This document shows, one piece after another, positions 50,901 to 61,149 of a stretch of 64,000 nucleotides of DNA; within the stretch, counting starts at the first letter, position 1, and each line of letters begins with the position of its first letter. The notes beneath the pieces are model-generated. The model made no database searches. It had not been told where the DNA came from and saw only the letters and a program-made list of their open reading frames with translations. The translations under genes were made by a program, and so were the position numbers. The stretch is from Geosiphon pyriformis uo1 (lineage: Eukaryota; Fungi; Glomeromycota): assembly GCA_016748015.1 (NCBI GenBank), contig JAAOMT010000480.1:62001-126000 (forward strand), in the 5' to 3' direction.

Positions 50901-53900
50901 AATATAATACTGAGTATAAATTCCAAATCATTGGTGGCTACTTTTAAGGCTCTTTTGCTACTTGGTTCTCACAAAAAACTGATGTTAGTGCTCACCAAAA
51001 AATCATTAGATGGGCACTAACAAATACTGGAGAAAAAAACACTTCTTTTACAATTCAGTTTGAAACTAAATTTAAAACTCCTATTTTAATATCCAAATAA
51101 CACATAAAATTAGAAAAAAAAACTCAAGGTTTTGGTAAAGTTGTAACTAAGTATGCCAAAACAATCAAAAAATTAATCAAGTAAGTAAACTCTGAAAGGA
51201 ACTGGATAAAAAAACAAAAGATTTATTCTTTTACAAAAAGATTGAGAATTGATCTTTTCTATGTTTTTTGGCTTCTTTTGGCTCTAAAAGACAATCCCAT
51301 GATGAATATGGCCATTGAACTTGCCCAGAGAATAGAAAACAATCAAAAAATGCACTTAGAATTCACACTTTTAGTTTTTGCTTCTGCTTTTCAAATAGCC
51401 ACTATCTCTTTTGCTGCCCAAACTCAAAACTCAAATAAACAGTTAATAGATAGACTCACAGCTAATTTTGCCCAGTTACTGAAACCCTTAACCCAAACAG
51501 TCAGAGAGAATCAACAACTCCAAAAACCCAGATTTGAACTCTGTTTTAATCAACTCCAGCAATCTTTTTATTAAAGGCAACAAAATTGTGGCCCACTTGT
51601 ATATTATCACTGTGAATTAACTGAACATTTCTCCAGAGATTGCAACAATTCTTCCCTGCTTCCTCCAGCTCTCAGAAACAATGACAATTAAAACAACAGA
51701 ACCATCAACAACAATGTCTTCAATCAAAGATCCAATCATGCCAACATTAATTTCTTTGGAGAGGATCTCTTAGTTGAAGCCATTGTTTATTAGCCTTTAA
51801 ATTAATAGGTGCATTTCCAAAGGGTAAGAGTGCAAACCAACCAGAAAAAAACTCTTTTTATGCTTTTAATCTAATTAACAATAATCATAACATGGATAAA
51901 TTAGCAATTAACACTTTTGAATCAACAAAAAAGAAAAAGAAAGCCAAGATTGATTTCATTTTGGATCTAAATAAAACATTCATATCAACTACTAAAAACA
52001 ATAAACCACCAAAGACTAAAGTTTTTAAGAATTTTCCAAAGTTAAAACCACCAGAAATAGTACAAAAATTTGGTTCTTATTCTGTTGTCAAAGATTTCAT
52101 AAAAACTCCAGCTCATATTACTTTTGGCCAGCTAATGACCCATTTACAATTCAGAAAAAACCTTTGCAAATCTTTGATTTCAAAGAAAAAGACACCAAAA
52201 ACCAACAAGTATTTTTGCCAAGCTAAACTTATTGACAACAGCAATGTTACTTCTTTGATTTACAAAGCCCAAGTGGCTGGCTACTTTATTAATCTGATCT
52301 TAAACAGTAGATTATTCATTAGTGTTATTGCCAAACATTTCCTTAAAGCAATTGGCAGAAAAATTGATAAACTCTTAACTAGACCAATAACCAATATACA
52401 TGGCAACAAAAAAAAAGGGTTTGGTATAGCCAAAGCTATTTCTGTTTACATTAATAATATTAGCATTGAAATTGACATAGAAGTATCTAAAACAAAAGAG
52501 TACACCATAATTTTTGGCAATAAGTGACTTAAAAAAGCCAAAGCACTACTTAACTATGAACTTTGTGAGCTAATCATCAGATGTGGTAAGAAGCCTATTG
52601 TGGTTAAATACCATTATTAGACAACTCCTCTAGTATCCAAGCAGAGTCAAAAAGATGAGCAATCAAATGAATTAGATAATAATAAAAGTAATAAAAAAAA
52701 AGATCAAGAAGAACAAAAGAAAACTGTTGAACTTGTCTATACTATCTTTATCAGCAATAACAAGCCACTAGATAATATCAAAGTTAACAGAGAAAAATTT
52801 ATGGTAAATGGCAAGCTAATTTGCTGGTTCTACTATAATATTCTTAGAAGAATTTTTGATAGAAAACCTGGCAAGAAAGCCAAATACAGCTATTGGTAGC
52901 ATAATTCTTGTGTCAAGTGCTGGTACAATAAATCTTTGTATTTTCCTAGTGATGAATACAAGTCTTGCCTGATCTATTACAAAGATTGGGAGCCAATTAG
53001 TTTAATACCTAGAGAAAAACTAAGAAAAGTACAAAAATTCTTTGTGAATAAACCACCTGAAATTCAATTACTTACAATAAAACAAAAAAAACTCTTTTCT
53101 AAAAAAAGAAAAGTAGATATTAAAAATCTGTTGGCTAAAAATAGCCCAGTTATTTCAAAAAAAAATAATACTCTTGGACAAACTCATGTGATACAACACA
53201 TCATTACTACCAAAGAAACTCATTCTATCTATTTAAAGCCTTATCAATTCAATTAACACAATAATGAATTCATCAAGAAAGAAATAACATGAATGAAAAA
53301 CCTTGGATTTATACAAAAAACCAAAAGTGAATAGGTTTTTCCAATTGTAGTAATATCTAAGAAAGGTGGAACCTTATGCTTTTGTGTCAACTACTGCCAA
53401 TTAAATGTTATCATTATAAGAGACATATATCCACTTCCCAAAATTGATGCAATATTAGATAAATTCAATAGTGCTGCTTTTTTCTCAACTATTAACTTAA
53501 TTGCTGGATTCTGGCAAATAAAAATGGATCCAGAAAGTAGAAAAAAAACTGCTTTCATTATCAAGTATGGTATCTACGAATTTATAGTCATGTTTTTAGT
53601 CTTACCAATGCTCTTTCCACTTTTCAATGCCTAATAAACAAAGTGTTTGAATCAGTAAAAAAAAACTTTGTTCTGGTTTATTTAGACGACATAATAATAT
53701 AATCAAAAACCTGAAATGAATACCTTGAACATTTGCAAAAGATTTTTGATCTCCTTAGAAATGCTGGCTTTAAGATAAATCCAATCAAATCTTTTTTTGG
53801 ATGACAACTCATCTAGTTTCTTGGTTATTTTATTACAAAAGATGGAATTTTCCCTAATCCAACCAAAGTTGAAAAAGTCCAAAACATTAGACAACTCATA

Positions 53901-54544
53901 AATGTTTCTGAACTATGCTTTTTCTTTGGTTTGGCTTCTTATTATCACAAATTTATTAAGGATTTTTCCAAAATCGCCTTTTCTTTTAATCAGCTACTCA
54001 AGAAAAATGTCAATTATTATTGGAGTATTCATCAATAAAAAACTTTTAAAACTCTAAAGGAAAAACTTGTTACTAAACTAATTCTTAAGCAACCTAATCT
54101 GAACCAATCTTTTATTTTCTATACTAATACATCTGGCTATGGACTTGGTACTGTTCTTTCACAGAAAGATGAAAATAGCAAAAAACATGTCATAACATAT
54201 GCTAATAGATTTTTTACACCAGCAGAAGAACTATTCAATTATTGAACAAGAATATTTAGCAGTAGTTTGGGCTACTAGTTACTAGAATCAATATCTTTTT
54301 GGTGTGAAATTTCTAGTTGTAACAGATTATCAAGCCTTGGTTTGGCTATGCAATAAAAAGAAGCTAGAACACAAATGAATAACTCATTAGATACTCTATT
54401 TGGATGAATTTGACTATAATATTCAACACTGCAAAGAAGCAAATCATCAAAACACTGATGCTCTCTTTAGATTTACCATCCAGTAATAATACAATCTTTC
54501 AAACCAAACCAACCTAATTATTAGTAACTCCTTTACAAACAAAC

Positions 54545-55858
54545 ATGATAATAGACTTGGATAACTATTCTGTCTTAATGGAATTTTTGGATAAAGAACA
54601 ATACCCACCAGAATACACTTGACAGCAAAGAGAACATTTGCACAAACAATCAAATTTCTATTTGATCCACCAGAACCAATTATATAAAAGAAACAGAAAA
54701 AATCCTGACTGCCTCCAGAAAGTTATCAGATTTGAAGAAAGAGAAATTGTAATATACAACATGTACACTAATCTATTAGCTAAACACTTTAAAAAAACAA
54801 AAACCATTCAAAAAACTTTAGCTCACTATTATTGGCTTATCTTAAGAAAAGACATTGCTGAGTATATTAAAATTTGTAACATTTGCCAAAGAAGAAAAAA
54901 ATCCAATTGGAAAGAAAATATCCATCCAATCTCTGTTGGCCAACCATTTGACAGAATTGGTATAGATATTGTTGGATTCTTAACAATAACTTCTAATAAC
55001 AATAGATATATTATTACAGCTACCAACTATTTTACAAAGTGGGTAGAAGCAAAAGTCACTCCAGACCAAATAGCAGTTTTAATAACCAACTTTATTTATG
55101 AAGATATCATCTGCTATCATGGCTGTTCTAAAGAACTTTTATTTGATAGAAAAAGAGCTTTTCTTAGTATACTGGTTGAAGAACTTTGTAAAAAAATGGG
55201 AATATATTATAAACTTTTTTCTTTTTATCACTTTTAAACAAATGGCCTAGTAAAACATTTCAATAGAATACTATGTAAAACCTTAGCCAAAATCAGTAAA
55301 GAAACAAACTTATAGAACAAAGTACTGTCTTCAGCTTTGTTTGCTTATAGAACTGTGAATTATGACATAACAAGTTATGAACTTTTTTATCTACTCTATA
55401 AATACATGGCAATCTTATCAATAGAAATTGACATTAAAACAATACCCTTTAAAGAAATTACAATAAGAATTTATAAAAACATTTTACAAAGAAGACTTGA
55501 TATTATTCTTAATTTCTTGATAGAAGCACAAATAATTATCTTTAAAAAGATAAAACAATTCCAAGAAAAGCTTAAAAAAAAGAAAACTTATAAAATACTT
55601 TCCTTAAGTGTTGGTGACTTAGTATTAGAATACCATTCAAACAAAGACAATGTTTATGGTGATAAATTCTCTAACTAATAAAAAGGATCCTTTTTAGTCA
55701 ACAAAGTTTTAAACAATAATTCTTATATTCTTCAAGATTAATTTAGAACTATCTTTAATGATTGTTCTGTTCATAGTACATGACTCAAAAAATATCATAA
55801 ACAACCTAATTGGTTGTCTGTTATGGTAATACCAACTCAAATAATCAGTAAAAATTAA
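54545..55858 (+). pseudogene. Integrase ORF of A3
   Basis: aaacATG at 54545 is in frame with 54638-55237 (CNIC, PFDRIGIDIVG, TNYFTKWVEA) and 55337-55678. Stop TAA at 55856-55858. Confidence 0.85.
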
Positions 55859-55860
55859 GT

Positions 55861-56562
55861 ATAAATAAATGCACTATTCCCAAAACAGAGATATTTTCAA
55901 TTGACATAAATAATTATTTTCTGGATCAAAACATTCAAAATGCTTTTTATACTCTCTATGAGTATTGGATCAAAAACTATCCAAATACAATTCTGATCAT
56001 TGAAAAACAGACCATCATAACTGATAACAATAGAACACATACTGTTATTAGATTCAAAAAAACCACTACCAAAAGAGAAAAAATTGGTAGCAAAATGGAT
56101 AAATATTTGTTGGAAAGTATAACAGCAATTATACTCTCATCTTCCAACACAATTGGAAAAACACTCCAAGAAATCTTGCCCATAAACAAAAACTTGTCAT
56201 ATAGAAGACAATTAGAACTCTATGGTTGTCTTGGTGAAATCATAAAAGACATGAAACTAATGAAGAAAACAACTTCAAAAATACAGGCAAAAATTTTGGG
56301 CATTATATAATTAGATGTTCCAAGAGTTTTAACTATTGCTAAAAAAACCAAAACTCTAATACAAAAATTTGGTCTCTTGAATATAAAACTTATTTTGTCT
56401 TAAATATTATATACCTTATCTACAAAAGACTTTAACAAACTAGTTAGTTTTGAGTTAAACAAGACTCTTCAATTAGATTATCCCATGAATAGCTTGATTT
56501 TGCTGAAGCTTAATCTCTTTAGAGAAAATAATATTATGATTAAAATTCATACTTTTTATTAG
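55861..56562 (+). pseudogene. ORF3 of A3 (~233 codons, two internal TAA), unknown function, ending inside the 3' LTR
   Basis: One frame runs from ATA 55861 (possibly mutated ATG), includes ORF-track 56095-56310, and continues VLTIAKKTKTLIQKFG..LYTLSTKDFNKL..LNLFRENNIMIKIHTFY*. Confidence 0.68.
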
Positions 56563-58382
56563 TTATCATATGTATTAGTTACTAATGTCATATGATTAGC
56601 CACCCTATTTTTAGATAGTGATTATTGATTTGATTAATGATCTGACCATTAACTTAATCATTGACTTAATTGTTAACTTAATAATTGACCATTTTTGATA
56701 GCTATATAAGCAATAAATTTCTTAGCTATAGAAAAACATATCAAAAATCAAGGAAATCAAATAAATAAAATAACAACTTTTATTTCAATTCTTCTTTTAT
56801 TACTAATTTCTCTTTTCTTATCTTTAAGTATCTGAACATCTTAGGATAAAAAATTACTTGTTGGTTATTCTTTATTTTTTCTGAAATGTATAATTGTAGT
56901 ATTTAAACATTATTGAATAAAATGTGACTGAAGAGTATATCTAATACCTGATATTGAATTCTAAGAGCACTGACATGAAACATAGAATTATACTAGTATG
57001 TGATCATTTGTTAACAGTATGGACTATCTCTTTATCTTTAGATTTTCTGGTTATCTTTTGAAAAGTATAGTAATTGAGATATTTTATGAGACTGATCTTG
57101 TATATTGAATCTATATTCAATTTACTCTTTAAAATTGAATTCCTTTTGATTTCTTTTATCACCCTACAATCCTATTCTCTTTTGCTATCTATTAGCTTGT
57201 TACTCCAACTTGTAACACTACAATTATATGAGTCAGAAAAAAAGTAAGTAAATACCAACAAGTAATCTTTTATCTTAAGATAATTAGATACTTAAAAATA
57301 AGAAAAAGAGAATAAATAATAAGAAAAAAATTAAGATAATAGTTGTTATTTTATTTTTTTTATTTCTTATATTTGATTATTTGCTACATGTTTTTTTATA
57401 TCTGAAAGACTTATTACTTATATAACTATTAAAAATAGTTAATAATTAGATTAATGATTAAGTTAATAATCAGATTATTAATTAAATTAATGATTACTAT
57501 TTAAAAATAAAATAGTTAATTATATAATATTAGTGGCTAATAAATGTGATAACTAATAAAAACTATGGGTTTTAATCATAACAATACAATATTAAACAAA
57601 ATAAAATAAAAAAAAATAAAAAATAAAAAATTAATATTCTATTAATAGTTATAATTAAGAATAATTAATCCAGTATAGTTAAGTGACAAATATTATTAGC
57701 ATGAATTGCTAATAGAATCAAGAAATAATTATTTTAATTCAATAATAAATTTATTTAATATTTGGATAATTTTACTTCAAGATATAAAAAATTATCTTTT
57801 AAAAAAAGAGATATTTTATGAATATTTATTGTTAACTAATTAAAAACTTGTCTAAATCTGTAAATACTTTTCTTATTTTTAATATTATTGCTATATATAC
57901 ATAATTCTTGGTATATAAGATCTTATATATTTTTACTTTTTTTTATGTTATTTTTTAGAATTGTGTTTATTTTTAAACAATATGCCATAATTTTTTGAAA
58001 ATATATTATAATTTTTTGAAAATGTGCTTATTTTTTGCAAATATACACATTTTTGAAAATATGTTTACATATTAAGTACTAGTTTTTTATTGGCTTATTT
58101 TTATGATCTGTTTTTTTTATTTTATTTTATTTTATTTTATTTTCTATAAATAATATTATTTTTTTCTTTAATATTAAGTTCTATTGAAATTTTTATTTTG
58201 AATTAACTTTATTATTTTTTTTTCAATATTGTGTGTTTAATTTTGGTTCTTAGATCTTCAAATTAAAAGTTGGTTATTTTTTTTTATTGGTTAACAGTTA
58301 TTGTTTTCATTTTTAAATGCAATAATATTTCTAAAAGATCCTTAAATATAGCATATAGTTAATAGATTGCTTTAATATATAG

Positions 58383-58747
58383 TTTTATAGTTAAAACCTA
58401 TATATTTTATTAATTATCACATGTATTAGCTATTGATATCATATAATTAACCACTTTATTTTTAGATAATAATTGTTAACTTAATCAATGATCTAACTGT
58501 TGACTTAATTAATAACTTAATTATTGACTTGATCATTAATCTAATTGTTTACCTGGTTATTAACTACTTTTAATAGTTATATAAGTAATAAATCTTTTAG
58601 TTGTAGAAAAGTATATACAAATTAAAGAAAAAAAAAAAATAAAAATAACAAACTTTATTTTAGTTTTTTTCTTATTGCTAATTTTTTTTTTATCTTTAAG
58701 TATCTGAACATCTTAGAATAAAAAATTACTTGTTGGTATTTATTTAC
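58383..58747 (+). repeat. Partial family A LTR (5' half, 7 array units), interrupted by a family C LTR
   Basis: Starts ttatagttaaaacc, then the 12-mer array, a TATA-like motif, and aagtatctgaacatcttagaataaaaaattacttgttgg. Confidence 0.8.
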
Positions 58748-59160
58748 TGTTACTTATAGAAATTTAGAAATTCTTAATAAAAATATAAAATAGCCAATTA
58801 GAAATAAACATGATAAAAAAGAAATTTCAAGATTTATCTCAAAAAATTACAGAATTTCAGAAATTTCAGATTTTTTTTTAAAGAATTACAAGATTCTGGA
58901 AATTTCAAGATTTTTGGCTAAAAAAATTAAAAAAATCTCATATAATATTAATTATGTATATATAATAAGTATTAAAAGCAAAAAAAACAGAATCTAGTTC
59001 AGAATTAATACCAACAATTCATTAATTATTCCATATTTCTCTCTTCAAAAAATAATTTTCTACAACTTAAAACAAAATTAAATTACATATTAATAAAATA
59101 TCAATTATCACCTAAATCTATATTATCATTGCTTAATTAAGCAATATTAATTATTTACTT
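58748..59160 (+). repeat. Partial family C LTR, interrupted by LINE copy 4
   Basis: TGTTACTTATAGAAA matches the reverse complement of the 1011 terminus; similarity continues to the rc of ~680. Confidence 0.72.
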
Positions 59161-59304
59161 CTTTCTCTCTTACCTCTAAAAATCCTCAAAAAAGCGCATT
59201 TTCTGAAAAAGAAGTTTTTTATTTTTTCTTATTAGTTTTTTTTCAACATTTCCTTAAACAATAACCTTTTCATTGTGGATTTGAAGACTGCTTCGGGCAG
59301 TGAT

Positions 59305-61149
59305 ATGTCAAAAAAGAAGGCGCTCAAAGGTGCTTTCCATGGTTCTGCTGGTGGTTCTTTTGCTCAAAAAAAAAGAGTGGTTCTTGGCAATGTTAAACAC
59401 TCTGGTGATGAGAGAAATATCTCTTTGAGTAAATTTGGGCCTAATGATAGTGTGTACTCTGATGTGGATAGTCTGTTTAGTGATGATGAGGATGTTGGCA
59501 TAACAGGTATACATGAAAGGTCTTTTCTGGGTTCAGCTGCAACCACTCCCAAGGCGAAACATGTTAATACTGGCACAATATTTGGTTCTCCACTTGGCTC
59601 TCTTGACTTCACTATAGATGATGATGAAATTGTGCTTCCCCCTCGCGTGTCTATCTCTCTGGATAAAAAATGGATTGATCCTAAAATTGTTAAAACTCAG
59701 ATTGAGGTGTCTGTAAAAAAATCTTTTGCTTTGGACATCAATCTTTCAGCTGTAGAAGAGAAATCGGCAATGGCCAAAACTCAGGTCATAAGAAAATTAT
59801 TTTTAGGAATCAATGGTTTTGGGAGGACTATTACTCCCTCAAAATTTGAAGGGATTATCAAATCTATCTTTACCTCTGAAGCAAGCATGGAAAAGGCCAC
59901 TTCATTGGCCAAAGATAACAACATTATTGTAAACACTAATCTCAAAAGACAAGGAATACATTTAGATCGAACTGTGGTGATCAAAGAAATTCCCATGAAT
60001 ACATCTAAAGAAATGATCGTTGCCATAGTAACCAAGTTTGAAGAAATTAAATCAATTAAAATTCAGTTAATTGGAATGTGGCAAAAGACTGTGGTGGAAT
60101 TCGCCAAGTCTGGTCAAGCCGATCAGTTGGTCTCAAAATGGTCATTCTTAATTGGGAAAGACTCAATGCATATAGCCAAAGCTGTGGATGATCGTGATAT
60201 TTGGACGTCAAGAGATCGCTTCAGGGCGCTTTTGTTTACTTTGCCAGTGGAAACTACTGCACATGATATTGGTACTCTTTTGGATAAAGTTGGTGGGAAG
60301 ACTTGTGTCATTAATTGCTCATTGGAAACTGGCAATAGATTTTATTGTACAGTAGTGTGCTTTGAATCTGCTAATGATTTGGATTTAGCTTTTCTTACTG
60401 AGCCTATCCTTGGTGGTGTTTGACTCTCATGGGCTAGATTTGATTTGGTTTGGTGTGGGAAATGTGGGCGTTTTGGTCATTTGGCTCTTGAATGTGACAC
60501 TTCAATTGTGTCATCTCCTGAGCTCTCATCTTTGTTTAAAAGGCCTGCTTCCTTTGTCAACCGCCTTCAGCTGGCCAGACTTTATGTAAAAAAAAATGTT
60601 CTTATCTCTTGTCCTGCTGCTTTTGGGGGCAAATCATGGGCCCAAGTGGTGTCTCTTGCATCCTCTTCTGTTGGCTCCTCTTCTGGCTCTGGTTTTGGTT
60701 CTGGTGCCTTCTCTCATGGTGTCTCTAGTTTAAGTGGTGGTGTTTCTTTGCTTCCAAATGTCAATTCGTCTTTAAATGCTCATTTGGCATCTTTGGAACG
60801 TTCATTGGAGCTCCTAAATGACCAGGTTTCTGGTATTATGCACAAACTCAACAATGTGAATTTGGTGCCTTTGGTCTCTTCTCTTTCTACTTCTGGTGTT
60901 TTGGCTGCTCCAACAGCTGCCAGTTTTAATATGGCTTTGGATGACACCTCAAATAATTTTGTGGTGACATTTCTACTTCCTTTCAGTGGTTCAGATTTGG
61001 ATTCAAGTAGTTCAAAGGTTTTGACCTCTAAGGTGGGTTCCTTGAAATCCAAGTTGTTGGCTCTTGATGTCTCTGTTGGTGCAATTTTGGAGAAGTTAGA
61101 TTAGTTGTGTGTTAGCTTAAGTTCGCAGACATTTTTTTCACCCCAATGA
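59305..61149 (+). pseudogene. LINE ORF1 (nucleic-acid-binding, CCHC knuckle, coiled coil); premature stops at 60421 and 61102
   Basis: ORF-track 59275-60423 and 60445-61104 are in one frame and include CGKCGRFGHLALEC. The natural stop TGA at 61147-61149 overlaps the ORF2 ATG. The start may be GTG 59275 or ATG 59305. Confidence 0.8.

Larger units (their letters stand above)
49495..57217 (+). mobile_element. Ty3/Gypsy family A, copy A3 (best-preserved A copy), nested in the 5' LTR of A2
   Basis: LTRs at 49495-50219 and 56532-57217; TSD TTAC/CTAC at 49491-49494 and 57218-57221; PBS TGGTGCTCTCTGTGAA at 50226; gag CCHC remnant ~51601-51643; RT YLDD 53679-53690; integrase 54545-55858. Confidence 0.93.
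42230..57583 (-). mobile_element. Ty3/Gypsy family A, copy A2 (full length, very decayed); its 5' LTR is split by A3
   Basis: 3' LTR 42230-42916; 5' LTR 49170-49494 + 57218-57583; TSD ATAC at 42226-42229 and 57584-57587; decayed PBS ~49150-49163. ORF fragments 43846-44094 (IN), 45615-45821 (RT, YLDN) and 48331-48519 (gag region). Confidence 0.9.
41911..58380 (-). mobile_element. 3' end of a family C LTR element: 3' LTR 41911-42229 + 57588-58155 (split by A2), then PPT and decayed internal sequence to ~58380
   Basis: Both LTR halves match 206-1011. Terminus tttctataaataata at 58155. The following ttatttttttctttaatattaagttctattgaa resembles the B PPT/ORF3 end taatctccttctttaagactgagctctgtcgaa. 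Confidence 0.7.

Noticed and set aside
206-58155. The two family C LTRs (206-1011 and 41911-58155) as ends of one giant element
   Set aside because: The PBS lies left of the first and the PPT lies right of the second, so both bodies point outward. They are separate insertions despite the ATAT flanks.
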